Shown here piece by piece: positions 11,987 to 25,021 of a stretch of DNA of 33,423 nt (position 1 is its first letter; each line of letters starts with the position of its first letter). The DNA is from Toensbergia leucococca (taxonomy: Eukaryota): NCBI GenBank assembly GCA_022813965.1, contig JALDZS010000002.1, positions 434,001-467,423 on the forward strand, read 5' to 3'. The notes below the pieces were generated by a model. It did no database searches. It saw only the letters and a program-made list of their open reading frames with translations, and was not told where the DNA came from. The translations under genes and the position numbers were made by a program.

Positions 11987-13533
11987 TTAGACACATAATG
12001 CAATAAGAGCCACCGCCACAACGGCAATGCTACAACTCCATTTCTTTTCTGCGCCAGACGGCTTGGAGCTGCTGGATGAAGGAGCGCTGCTGGTACTCGT
12101 GGCATTGACAGTATCGCTTCTCATGATCACATAGATCTCGCCGGTAGCGTCAGAGCTGACGAATAGACGGCCTTTGCTATCAAAGGCAATCCCTACCGGT
12201 CTGAAGCAATTCTGGGGGCATTTCGAATTATCAACGTTGGTGAAAATATCCGTAGTAGCCGTGTTGTTATCTGACGCAGCTACAGGCTCTCCGTTCTCGA
12301 AAGGTATCACCGAGAGCTTATAACCAACTGGGTCAGTTCGATCCCTTAGCAACGTTAGGAGTATCCTTCACCCTCATCTTTGTACATATGACATACCAGC
12401 TACCGTGAAATGTGACCCATGCTTCTGTACCGCTGTTGTTGAACACAATATCTAACGGCGCCATGTGCGCTTGGAATGTTAGTCTTGGAGCTGTTTGCTC
12501 CGCGCAGTACGTATCATTGATGGTATTGTTCGGGTTGGCGTTGCCCATTGCAAAATTACTCCCAATCGTGAGATTACTATTGTCGGGGATGTCGCTAGGA
12601 ACCCATGCAGCAAAGCAATAAGGGTATCCATAATTGCTTCCCTGTGCAGCATATTCGGTCCCGTTCAAAAAGCCATGGAAGTTCATCTCTTCGCCAGGGT
12701 TATCCTGGTGTATGTCCATGCCATCACGCATGATCTGGTCAACAGAGTTTTCAACACTGTAAATACCGCCCGTTATCGGGTGTTCAGCAACCCCAACGGA
12801 ATTTCTCAGTCCCCAGCCTAGTCTTAAGCCTGCTGTATTGAAGTCGTAGCCATCCGCAGTGATGTTGATTAGGTCAAAAGCCTTGATCTGACTGTGGCCA
12901 GATACCAAGGATTCTGCTTCAAGGTCCACGTTAGAGGTACTTCCTCTGCTGACCAAAAGTATACCATTGACAAATTGAGAGAGGGTCAAGGTGCGTGTAG
13001 TATGGTCGTTGGTGTTCATGCCAGAAACGATGGTACTACTATCTCCGCTTACCGACATATTCTCTGCATCGTACGCCCATGAGTAGGCAGCTAAAGCTGA
13101 AGAAGCATAGAGGGTCTTCCCATCTTGTGATAGTGCCAGGCCATGGTTGAGCTACATACGGTCAGAGCAATTCAGTACAATTTTCGAGGAACAGTATGAC
13201 AACACTAACGCTGCTATTTTGTACTACAGTTTTGCTGGACTTAACATTTAAACAAGTTCCGCCATTATCAGTAAAAGCAAGATTGATTATACCGGCGCCC
13301 TGCTGAACAACTAGCAGGTTTCCATTGGTGTCGAACTCTATTGAGCGAGGTGTCGTCAGTCCAGTGGCAACCAGTGCCATCTGGAATCCAGACGCGACAG
13401 TCGGCTTCACAGCATTAGTTGGCGTCAGAGTTGAGGGGCATGATACCGCTGTGGCTGACGATGATAGTGCTCCTTTGACGGGGATTGAACAGCTCAAAAG
13501 CGTGGCAATGGCTAAATACGAAAGCGGCTGCAT
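11987..13533 (-). CDS. Secreted, probably GPI-anchored soluble quinoprotein glucose/sorbosone dehydrogenase-like protein (CAZy AA12 type); exons 13533-13210, 13151-12397, 12344-11987
   Basis: Signal peptide MQPLSYLAIATLLSCSIPVKG. Motifs PRSIEFD, LNHGLAL, HTTRTL, GLRNSVG, ENSVD, HQDNPGEEMN, FQAHMAPLD, FHGSWDR, CFRPVG. Ser-rich linker, SGA and a hydrophobic C-terminal tail. Confidence 0.85.
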
Positions 13534-14491
13534 TTCAAAAGGCGAGGATAGGCACAATGTAAATATTAAAAAGAAAAGACTAGATATAAGAAGTTGATGG
13601 CCATATCCGGAGCGCGCAGCCCATGTGGCGAACCGCCGTCGAAGAGATCAACAGGTAGCCGCAGCAGCCGCCGGCAACCCGGCGGCAAGACATCCGAGGC
13701 GAGGATAGGTAATGTATTGCCTCCTACCTAATGTATGCAAAGTATCAGTATAGTTGATCAAAGTACGTCGTACTCGTACTTGTACCCGTACCTTACCAGG
13801 CACTCGCTGGTGATCTCTCTTACGTAAAGTTAAGGATCACATGGACGGAAAGTGGGTACTCATTTCACTCTCGATTTCTGAAAAACACCTTCTCCCGCTT
13901 GATCTCTTCATGTGGAGGGGGCCTGCCTTTGAATTCTTGACACTCCTACATATATATATACAAAAGGTAGTAAAAAGTCAGAAAGACTAGTCAAGCTGAG
14001 CCACTAGGTCCTTCGGGGTTGAGTAGGCAGTACCATTATCAATGTGCAAGATTCGACCAAGTAGCTATGCTAACAGGTCAGACTTCCACTGCGAATGTGA
14101 GAAAAAGCTATGTTACAACATGTACAGTCCTCCATGTAGAGAACTCAGGGTCCAAAAACATCGAGTGTGTTGAGAAAAGACAGCCAAGAATCGAACGCTG
14201 TTACCTTGTCTCAAGACTCCAGCAACTCCAACATGACGAGGAATGCCTTCCACTTTTGACCGACGCCTGGATATGCTCTGCCGAATTCCTTGTTGCGCCT
14301 CCACCTCGCGTATGCATGTTAAGAAAACGACTAAATATGAATATCCCGAAGCCAAGTCTGCTGGACCTGGACTCTCTAATCTTTTAAGAAAGAAGACGTG
14401 TAGCTCAATCATATACATTTTCAAGGACGGCGCCATGAAACACCTGCTTTTAAGCTAGCGATCCTTTGAATAATAGGTAGCATGGTAGATG

Positions 14492-17400
14492 CTAGTGATC
14501 TCGTGCTGGCGGGGCCAAGGATTTCCCGAATCCTGAGTGGGTATCCGATTTCTGGCTCGGATGCCCCATGCTTGCAAGAGGACCCTCGGTAGCAACAGGG
14601 GTTTTCACATCTGCGGCCGGACGAAGATCATGCCCGTGCAACGATTCGAGCTCCGAACGACCGCGGGATCGTGGGAGACTCGTTACGCCTTCTTCACCAT
14701 CGCGACGTTCGATGGGGGACCAGCCAGCTATACTGCCGGCAATGACACCAGCCATAGCCGCAGCTGGTGCAAAGGCCGAATTCGATCGAGATCTTCCGGA
14801 TCGTCGCATAGTAGACCGGCGGGACTCAGGGGTCGGAGGACCATGAGTACCACCGAAATCACTGCCACTATGCTCGCCATTAGGCGTCTGAGGTGCCGAA
14901 TTAGTTCGAGACCTAGACCGAGATCCACTTCTGGATCGTGGTAGGAGAATCTCGCGGGGGTGTTGGAGCTTGTACTTGAGTACATTGAGGCGACCCCCTC
15001 GGATCGTCTTCAGGAATGTCAGCTCATCCCGAATATCTTCCAGCGCTGAGTTCCATTCAAACTGCCGCTCCTCGTCTGACACTAGGAGTTTAGGTGTCGA
15101 TTTCCGTATTAATATCGGTGGAATGAGCTTGCTAATAAACGTGTCTGGAATGAGACGAAGGATCATAGCAATTGGCAGCGATATTGCTCCGAGGACAATC
15201 GAATAGCCCCATTGTGCACCATTGAGTCGATGGACGCCAAAAGCTTCGCCGCCGACGAAAACAATCATGATCTGTCCGGCAATGATAATGAATTGTATGC
15301 CAATGAAGAAGTAGTTCCGAGTTATCCCCTCAAAGATATTGAAGCGGTTATCCAAACGCCTGTTATTGTACTGGTTGAATATTTGCATCCATACAAACGT
15401 ATTGAAGATAAGTGTTTGCAGCTGTGCTTGCTCTCGAGGTGATTGATATGACAATATATCAGCTCCTGCAAAGTAAAGAACTAGGGTGACGACAAGCTGG
15501 TAGATTGATTGGCCGATGATCATTTTCCACATTGTTAGCGTAATGAGAGGAGCAGATTTTGGTTCTGGATTTCGATTGAGTATGCTGTCCATCGGCGGAT
15601 CAGTAGCTAATGCAAGGGCAGCAAAAGTATCCATGATCAAGTTGACCCAGAGGAGTTGAACAGCAGTCAATACAGAGGTTTCAGTGTTACTAGCTACGCC
15701 AGAGATGAATGTCAGAACAACGGCGGTAATGTTGACGGTCACTTGGAACTAGTTGAACGTCAGACGCTTAATCATGAGCAGAGATTGGGGACATACCTGA
15801 AGGAATTTCTTAACGGAGTCGTTGACAGCTCTACCCCACATGATTGCCTTGACGATTGAGGCAAAATTATCATCCATTAAGATAATGTCTGATGCCTCTT
15901 TTGCGACTTCGGTCCCAGAAATGCCCATGGAAAACCCGACGTCAGCAGTTTTAAGTGCTGGAGCATCATTGGTGCCATCGCCGGTCACCGCAACCGTTTC
16001 TCCCATCTCTTTAAGCCGTTCGACCAGGACACGTTTGTCATCAGGACTTGATCTCGCAAGTACTTGGAGGTTTGGGATAATCTGCTCCATCTGCAACTTG
16101 CTCAACTTCCTAAAATTTGGCCCTTCCATGACCAAACCACTGGGGCTGTAAATGCCACATTCTTCGGCAATGGCTCTAGCTGTTAGAACGTTATCTCCAG
16201 TTACCATGCGCACATAGACGCCTGCCTTCTGGCAAGTACTGACAGCTTCTGCAACACCAACTCTGAGAGGATCCTGGATACCGACAATGCCTAGAAACAC
16301 CATATCTTTGAAAACCTTGTCGAATACAACAAGTCTTGGATCATCTTTCTGCGTTGGGATACCTTTTGGTGGCCATTGTTCAAAGTCTTTGTACAAAAGA
16401 CCAATGGTACGAAGCGAACGCGACGCATATTTACTTATAATCTCGGTCAAAACATCCATCTTCTCGGGCGTCATATCAGTCTCCGAGATTTCCTTGGTAG
16501 GGTCACAGATAATACGTTGGCATGTGCCAAGCATGATTTCAGAGGCGCCTTTGACAAACATCCGGTATTTGCCAGATTCCAGCTTTACTATAGTTGCCAT
16601 GCATTTCCTGCCTGAATCGAATGGCACTAACTGGACGACAGTTGAACTCGAGCGTGCTTCATTGAGATGACCCAAGGCCAAATGATCCCGGGCAAAACTG
16701 AGCAGAGCAGTTTCAGTCTTGGAGCCTATGAATGTCTCTTGCCCATCTTCATCTCCTTCGAAGGCGGTCGAGTTGATAACAATTGATTGCTTGAGAAGGG
16801 ACTTCACCTCCTTGTCTAGGGCCGAGATAAATTGGATTGTCGAGACGTCCTGTATGCCATTGTCCGATGAGTTCACTATGCCCTGTGTAGGGGAGGTAGA
16901 CTGAGAGCTATCTGGACTCTTCCTTTCCCCAAACCCAGAAGCGGTACCCAAGATTCCGGCTACAACAGACATCTTATTCTGAGTAAGTGTGCCGGTCTTG
17001 TCCGAACAGATTGTAGTAGCATTTCCCATTGTCTCACAGGCTCGTAGAAGACGAACTAGGTTATTCTCCTTTAGCATACGAGTAGTCGCAAAAGCTAGTG
17101 CAAGGGTCACCGCAAGCGGCAAACCTTCCGGCACCGCAACAACGACGATGGTAACCGCCACAATGAAGACATTCAAAAACCGCTGTCCCTTAGCAGAGGC
17201 GCCACCTTGAATACTACTCAGTTGAGTCAGGAACCTGATAAATGTCACTACAAACAGGAGCAGACCAGCAGCCAGACCCAATATAGCAATGCGCTCCGCT
17301 AATTTGTTGAGCTTCGATTGCAGAGGCGTTGTTTGCGGGTCCTCACGAAGAGACATCATTGTCTTTCCATAGCTGGAATTGACACCAACGGCAGTAACGA

Positions 17401-18838
17401 TAAACGTTCCGATGCCTTCCGTGACTTTGGCCCCAGAGATTATGAATGGATCCATCTTCACAAACCGTTCATGCGCCTCAATCGCGGCAAAAACCTCTTC
17501 AGCCGCGTGCTTCTTTAGAATGTCGGATTCGCCAGTGGCAGAAGATTCATCACATTTGAGATTATACCCGGAGATAAATATGCCGTCCACCGGTATCATA
17601 TCTCCCGGTTCAAGATGCATGACGTCTCCTACGAGAATATCATGGACCGAAATCTCTCGAGACTTTCCTGATCGGATGACTTTGACTGCCCTGTCCTCTT
17701 TCTTCTTATTAAGCTTTACGAATTGTTTTTCTTTCTGCCAGTCGTTTGCAGCTCCAACAACCACGACAATGATAATAGCTACCATGATAGCCACTCCTTC
17801 CACCCATTGCACCTTAGCTTCACCGTCGGTGGATGTGATCGATTGGTAGATACCCAGAGCAAGGGAGACAACAGCGGCTACTGTTAGAAGAATGAGCACC
17901 TTGTCGTTGTAAGCCAGCCATGCAAGCTCGAAGATGCTTTTCGCCTTCTTTTCTGGAAGGTTGTTGTCTTTGAAAATACGTTTCCTGTCAGCAAAGGAGT
18001 CATCTGACAGTTGCCTCAATGTTCCCATTGTTGTCGTCCTTGTCATGGTGCGACTTTCAAGTCTCTTTATCGTTGCCTCACTGTGGATAGCTGCCCTAGC
18101 TTCCTGTAGCGAAACCGAGCCTTCAAGGTGCTTTTCGTCAACCGACAATCCAGCCCATCGATCTGTGCGAAGCCCTTTTTCGATGCCGCTTAGCCCGCCC
18201 AGAGCATGGAAGGCCCCAAAGCTTTTGGGGTTCAGCAGCTTGCTCATTTGACCAGGAGAAAACGCAAACTTGTTATCTTGAACTTCAAAATCCGCTTCAG
18301 TCCCAGGATCAGCATATAATGCTTCCTCATCATTAATGAGATTTTCACTGCTCTGTGCATTTTCAGAATGTCCTGCAGCATTTCCGGGACCGGATGAGCT
18401 TGGCGAGGGTATGAAAGTATCTCCGCCATATGATGTGGGGGAATGTCCAGGATCGTCCGAGTCTACCGAGTTCCCTCTTGACCGAGCGATGGGAACCGAC
18501 AAAAAGTTGTGGGGTTGTACATCGCCCCATTTGGAAACCGGCGATGACACATTGTGTGGCGAGGTCGGACGGCTATCTTTGCTCTCGAATGAATGAGCTG
18601 CTCGTAGCTGCGGAGTGTTATTTTCTTTCGATTCCGGTGCTGTTTTTGGATCATAATTCTCGCCTTGATCGCCCTGTGATGAACGAGGACGGTCAGAGAG
18701 CTCTTGTAGAGGAAAAACGTTGTCTGCGACTATAGAGGGACTGACAGCAGAGGTGTCGATTGTTATTGTCGGCGCTCGCTGGCGACGAAAAGAAATCGAC
18801 GGCACTGGGGAATTTCGACCGGTTATAGCTTCGGTCAT
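14492..18838 (-). CDS. pmc1: P2B-type (PMCA/Pmc1) Ca2+-transporting ATPase, about 1432 aa; exons 18838-15797 and 15748-14492
   Basis: DESSATGES, VVAVPEGLPLAVT, ICSDKTGTLT, KGASE, MVTGDN, VTGDGTND, LLWVNLIMDT. The 48-nt intron 15796-15749 joins KKFLQ to FQVTVN. Confidence 0.95.
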
Positions 18839-19443
18839 GATCGCCGGGCAAAACTGGTGACCTCCGGGATGTTTGGTAGAGATTTACTTCGCTTTGATCA
18901 TGTGTAGAAATGGTTGAACGTGTGCTTTATTGTATGCAGGGTGTGTAGCACGAATGTGGCGAAGCACTTGTATTTGATGAAGTGTTACGATCTGCTCGGT
19001 TGAACACTTTCGACAGATCAGGGGATGTCAAGTCGTAGTCAGTGGTGTTCATGGGAAATCTAGGAAGGTGTGAAGGATCTCTGGCTAGTGCTTGACAGAT
19101 TTAAGTCAACCACTGGAGAAATTGTCAGTGTTGATAACTTCAATATGTATTTCTGCATCAAAGAGCAAGAACCATCATTGTCCAAGCTATCTCATACCTC
19201 TAGGTACGCAGAGTGTCTCCCAATCCCAAACCCAGGTCTTGGTATGATCGTCCACCTCCGGTCGTCCTCGTCCCAACTAACGGTGAAAAATCTCCCATGG
19301 GCTGTGTGTATTTGCCTTTGAGTCGCCATCGAGCGAGACAGCTCAATAGCGATCCATAATTTGCAGAGATTACTGACGTGATGAGTGAGAGGAAGATAAA
19401 GAACCACCCAGTTCTTCGCCGAGTGGGTTGAGGTTAACTAGCC

Positions 19444-19464
19444 GCCAAGACTTTGCACTGCCTC
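19444..19464. promoter_or_regulatory. Candidate adjacent PacC (GCCAAG) and Crz1/CDRE (CACTGCCTC) sites upstream of pmc1
   Basis: GCCAAG at 19444-19449 matches GCCARG. CACTGCC at 19456-19462 matches the CAC[AT]GCC Crz1 motif and includes the GCCTC core. The sites lie about 610 nt upstream of the ATG; such short motifs can occur by chance. Confidence 0.35.
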
Positions 19465-20177
19465 ACTCCAGGGTCTTTAGATAATAGAAGGAACTAATTC
19501 CGTAGAATGCGCGGAGCTCCCGGCTTGCGGGCGGCAACTTCGAGTACAAAGCGATGAAGAACATCTGCATAGCATCATTATTACTGAACTCTAAATGGTC
19601 AAATGAACCTTCCTGTTATGTGGTAAGGAACGAAATATACAGTCTACATCGAATGCGATTGGCTAACGGCACCGGGGCCGCGTTGATGACCGCTCCGCTC
19701 CTTTATCTTAGTGTCTGGATCAGCATAAATCACCTCAGTACCTTAGTCACGCAAGCAGATAGACGTCGAATGACGATCGAGGGATATGTTTCACCAAAAC
19801 CGAGACGTTACCTCGTCTCACAACTCTAAAGAATGCGTGCAAAGACCTCTGGTAGAACCTGTCACATGCCCTAAGCGCCAACATACACACATGTTGGTTG
19901 TTGCAATCCTAACAATAGCCTCTCCTCTCAGAGACGGCAACATCATTTCCCAGTACCTCTATACCTTGCTGGATTTGGAATTTGTACGAAGAGAGGGTGT
20001 GATGATAATATTCCGTCGTGAGGGGAAATTTTTGACATGAACGGTGAGCTGGTCATGAGAATCATCTTGGAATAAGTAGTTTTCATCCCTTTCCAATCAT
20101 TTATCGTAGATCTTTACCCAGCTTACATTTGTGGACGCTATTATTGAAACCTCAAGCCATCCGTCTGGCTTAATTTC

Positions 20178-23100
20178 CTAGGTAAGTGCACTTTTCACTG
20201 TCCACACATCCAGGCTCTGTCCATCCCATTTCTTCCTGCTTTTGCTCTTCTTCACTCCTACCTCTTCGGCTCGGAGGATGCTTTTACTTGAGATCGCAAG
20301 ACAATCCACAAGCTCAGGCATCCGGCCAGCAGCGACGAAGCATTCAGCCAAATCCGAATCCTCGGCCGCGATGACCGACGCAAGATCCATGCACTTTAGC
20401 AACAGTTCACGGCTAAGCCCACGGCCCTCAACATTCAAGACGCTGATGTACGCAAGCACGACTTCGGGTATACAAGCTGCACGTATCTCCTTAACTTCAG
20501 CTGCTTCTACATCTACACAAGTGATCAGTCAGTTTTTCATATGGATGAAAATTGACTAAAACAGCATACCGTCCTGTGGATACTGCATCCATGAGTGGAG
20601 TAGAGGTTCCATTGCTAACTCGACACTGTCGTGAGCTTTCTGCAACTTCAATTTCCATTCGCGAGCCTGGCCCGAATCAAATTGGCTTCACATGATTCCA
20701 TTAGTCCAGTGAGCAAAAAGTTCCTGTATTGTCTCTTACCTTATTGCTTGTTCAGAAATCTCTTTCCAATACTCCATGGCATCAAGGACTACGAACAGGG
20801 CCTCAAGATCGCGGAAAGTGCGTGATTGATCAAATAGGATTTCACGTCCATTGCGAGCATGTATTGCCGATGAGCTTCGCCGATGCCTCTGGCTTGCAGT
20901 ACGATGTGATCTCGTTGTCTGACTTACAGAAGTAAAACTGCTTTCATCCTCGCTGGCCTCCTGACTTCTACTAATATCAACCATCTTTCCTAGTAATGCT
21001 TTGGTCTTGCTAAGTGAGAGATTTGAGAAAGTTACTGTCTTCGACAACTTCCGCGCAGCACTTATGCCTCTCGACCCTGTCAACGACGCCCGTTAAGATG
21101 GTGACCAGATAGCAGAACGTGACCACTTACGCAACAGATGCTTGTAAAGAATTGCCCCTGTAGTCATGGTTTGCTGCCAATGGCCGTCAAGAAGCATATA
21201 CCACTCGAAGCCATTGATGAGGTCCTCTTCATCGCTGGTGATGCTTTGGCCAAGAAAACCCGTCCGAATGTGACGGATCTCCCTGACATCCTTATTGCCA
21301 AGCTCGAGAATGTCTAATTTCGGATACTTCGCGCTGTTATCAAAATTGGGGGGAGTATCTTGGATGATCATCCGCAGCTGCGTGTTCAGAACACCAGAGA
21401 CGTCCAGTCCAGCCTGTTTCATGAGTCGCGTAACAATTTGACGCTCTCTATAATCCGTTATAGATGGCAATTGTCTTGCTAAACACATTGTCGACCTCTG
21501 AGAAGAGAGTCTGGACGCATAGAGTGGAAGCAATTGCTGTTTGCCAGCCTTGCCTAGGTAATCCACATAGGCGACAACAATACTCTCCACAGCAAACTGG
21601 TGATCGCCCTCGCCGATGGAGAGACCAAGGTCTTGATAGATGAATAGGATGTGGGTAATTATGCGCAAGAGATCATGATCTTTCATGCTGAGCTCGGCGG
21701 TAACACTGCCTTCAAGAACACTGGGGTTCATGTCCGGTAGAATCTTGGATCTGCCAAAGACGTTGGCAGACCGTGCCAGTACTATGCCATGCTTGAAAAC
21801 AAAATCACCGAAAGTTTTGGCAATCAGGCTACCTTGAAGCATTTTGATAGGCTGTCTAGCTTCTTCTTTTGTAGCCTCGAGAGTTTTCATTTTCTCGACA
21901 ATTTGGTTCCCAGACAGTGTACGGCTTCCAACATCCATTGAAAGATCATTAGACCCGTGCCTCTGCAAGGACGCAGAAGGTAGCCTGTCAGGGAAGTCCG
22001 CCTGTAAGTAGCGGTCGAATTGACGCAATAAATAAGAATTATAATGCGCAAACAAGTAATCATCCCAAGAACTGCTGACCGTCTCAACGCTGGGTAGGTG
22101 ACCACTAAGAGCTCCGTAAACAGCATTTTCATACTTGTCGATGCCTCCATTTCTAGCAGCTAGAGTACATACTCTCCGCCATAATGTTCTAGATTGCCAC
22201 CCAGTCGCTAATGATTCCTCAGAATCTAGTGCCTCTTCGTTGGACTGCGAGATTCGGGGATCACCTCGCATAGTCGTGGCCCTCCAGCCTTCCACCCTTT
22301 CTTGGCACCACTCACGAATAGTACTCCAGCTCTTTCCACGTCTAATCATTTCCCAACAAGCCAACCAAGTGGCTCGTTCAAAATAAAGATCCTGCTTTTC
22401 TAGATCGCGACCTTGACGTGTGATTGCATCAGGATCTAATTGAGTGACAAGGCCTTGTGTTTTGTCTGAATTAAGTAGGGAAGTATCAATACCCGGAGAA
22501 TTGGGATCCAAAGCCTGTGGCCATGATCGTAAGCGCTTTTGACCCTTTATTGCCTCCTTTGAATACAGCCACCCATGGGCCCAAAGTCCAGATCCTCTAT
22601 CTGCACCAGAATCCAGTTGCTTGACAACTGAATCGATGTCTTGGCCTGAGCTTTCAGCACTTCTCTTCAACCACTCGACCACACTGTGTCTTTCCCACGC
22701 GAGATCATCTTCTGCAAGAAAGCGGTTCCAGACCTTCCTTTCCGAGGAATAACGATGCACCCCGATATTTCTGCTGGGACGGAGGGATCCTTGGTTCAAT
22801 TTAGGGTCCTGGACGTTATCCTGTTGTACGGGATATTCAAGCTGTAGCATAACGCCAAGTAAATCCCAAGTTTGCTCCTCTTGTTCCCATCGTTGCAAGT
22901 CCTCGACTGTAGTATTCATACGCAACTCTTCTTCATCTTCGGGGTGAGCAAGGGTAGGAGTTGATCTGCCGCTAGAACTACGTAGTCGACGCTTCCAGCT
23001 GCTACTTAATCGTTGGTCTCGTTCAGGAGCATGAAACTTTTTTAAGCGCTTTACTGTATCAGAAGCAATGTTTCTGTAGCTTTCGACAAGCGGAAGGACG

Positions 23101-23561
23101 TATCGACAATCCGTATGTTGCCTGCTTTGGTTACCAGCATAAAGACGGTCAAGAGTTTCTGCAAACTGCTCGACTTGCTTTCCAACTCGATCTGCTGCAC
23201 TCTGAAGGGGGTGAAGCGTTCGATGCACATCGCTGACAGTCAAAAGAGCTGGTGTTTCGGATGTATAATCCATGGTGGCGTTAGCACCCTGTCAACACCA
23301 GATACCGCAAATAAGTACCTTCATCTTCTTCTTCTAAATGCTCATCCGTTGACATATCCGAGTAATCATTTACGGCTTCGTCGGAAATTTCAGAGTGCTA
23401 TGCAGCCACGTCAGCTGGAAACGCAAAAAGAACTCAGAGACCAAAGAAGCGTACGTGAAGGCTATTCCAAATCTCCTCGGCTTGAAGGGAGCGCTTTATA
23501 GAAGCTGGTCAGCTATGACCCTTCAAAATACATTCAACGTTGAGTTCACCCTGGACGACAT
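20178..23561 (-). CDS. nup84: Nucleoporin Nup84/Nup107; exons 23561-23550, 23493-23455, 23397-23319, 23248-21131, 21076-20740, 20685-20570, 20512-20178
   Basis: RVGKQVEQFAETLD, EEQTWDLL, LVTQLDPDAITRQ, WCQERVEGWRA, YENAVYGALSG, SWDDYLFAHYN, LLPLYASRL, IPEVVLAY. Six GT-AG introns keep the frame; the first two small exons are less certain. Confidence 0.88.
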
Positions 23562-24082
23562 AGCAACAGCAAGTCCACAACTACAAGGTCATGGAGATCA
23601 TCATATAATGGGAAGAGAAACTCGATCTTATATGCAGTGTGATTGTGTTGTCATCAAAATTAATTTAAGAGACCTCGCGTTTGGTCAACAGCAAAGTTTA
23701 AATTGTCGACCGTGTACTCCGTATTCTATGTTACAAATTCCGCTGCTAGTCCGTATCCTATCTCGTCTACTAAGATCTTCCACAAATTTTAGATCCTCCA
23801 CCTTTCTGACTCTACACAGGCATTCATTAGAGTCTCGGAGCAGACCTCCACAACGGAGTATCCATTAGTGTTTGTTTGATTCCTTGTGGATCGACGTGCT
23901 CAAGATTGTCTAAAATCGACCTTGACACTCCTTATTCACCAACTCTCCAAATCTAATGGAAGTATTGATAGAAAAGCGAGTTGTCACAAGTAATGTTCAA
24001 GACCCTCAAACTTAGTGAGACGTCGCTCCAAGAGTTCTACTTCTTGCGCACTTGCTAGCACACTATGAGAACCTAAATGAAA

Positions 24083-24480
24083 TTACACAGCCTGATTCCT
24101 CTGCTTCATCTTGAGTCTTAAAAGTCCACTCTTAGGGCAGCTGACCGTGGACGACTTATCTCCTTCCCTTTCATAGAATCTATTACAACATGCGTAAAAA
24201 TTGTCAACCTGACTTTTGCACTTCTCTTCATTGTACGAGTTCTTCGTGAGACACGCTGGAATTCTATTAGCTTTTGACAATGATTATGAGGATCAAATGC
24301 TCTTTTCACCTTGAATGGCACACTATGAATACTAGTCAACTACTGTGCACATATAGACATGGGAGGAACTCACTGCAAGACCATGGCATGGAGGATCGGT
24401 CTTCAAATCATCGTCTACTCCCTAAATCAGATATTTGTCAGATAGGCTCCACCCAACTTTCCGATTAATATGACTACCAT
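24083..24480 (-). CDS. cmc4: Cx9C motif protein Cmc4 (mitochondrial intermembrane space), 78 aa; exons 24480-24478, 24421-24374, 24322-24310, 24255-24083
   Basis: An ATG-only exon and a 13-nt microexon give MGVDDDLKTDPPCHGLACAIQACLTKNSYNEEKCKSQVDNFYACCNRFY...SCPKSGLLRLKMKQRNQAV, with twin Cx9C spacing. Confidence 0.85.
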
Positions 24481-24884
24481 ATCAATCTCCACAGTGAGCT
24501 TTCTGGTCTAGCAGAAGATATCTTCAAGGCAGAAACCCTTTTATGAAACCTGTTAAGTAACAATGATAACAGAGCGTAAGACGACAAGGGTACGGACGTG
24601 CAGAGAGTACAACCAGAAGTAGGTAGTTCGGATGGAAAGCGGCCTTTCGGTTGACGTACAAACTTGGCATTGGTGGCACAGTAATTCTAGAACCCTCTTT
24701 GGGTTAGTGGGGTCAAGTTGCTATCAACATTCACGGTGCTCAGCTTTCAAGCATTTAACCTCTTCATTTTCCCTGCTTCGATCCGCCTCCATCACAGACA
24801 CATAGAAAAGTGCAACTCCAGCTCACGCTCAATTCTAACTTCAACGAGGAGCAATTATACATTCCCACCAACGAGGCATCATTT

Positions 24885-24936
24885 GTACATGAGGAATGAT
24901 CCTTTCTGCTTCATAAGCATGCTAACAAGAGCTTAG
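24885..24936 (+). other. Probable 5'-UTR intron of smt3
   Basis: GTACAT donor, GCTAAC branch at 24921 and TAG acceptor, 52 nt. It contains the only three upstream ATGs between 24720 and the SUMO start. Confidence 0.5.
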
Positions 24937-25021
24937 GGCTTTCACTAACAGAAAACTGCTTCTTGTTCTTATTTCCTCATCTTTCATCCTCCCAAAGTTT
25001 CTCTGATACGCTACGATCGCC

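Noticed and set aside
13600..14490. Short ORFs between the AA12 gene and pmc1
   Set aside because: Mostly non-ATG starts, with no motifs or consistent splice model.
14537..18735. Many plus-strand ORFs over pmc1
   Set aside because: They are antisense shadows of a well-supported CDS and have no recognisable motifs.
18990..19197. Possible 5'-UTR intron of pmc1 (GTATGA donor at 19197)
   Set aside because: The acceptor and branch site cannot be assigned unambiguously.
7927..23561. sec13 and nup84 (both Y-complex subunits), with SUMO nearby, as a functional cluster
   Set aside because: They are separated by three unrelated genes, and there is no synteny or co-regulation evidence.
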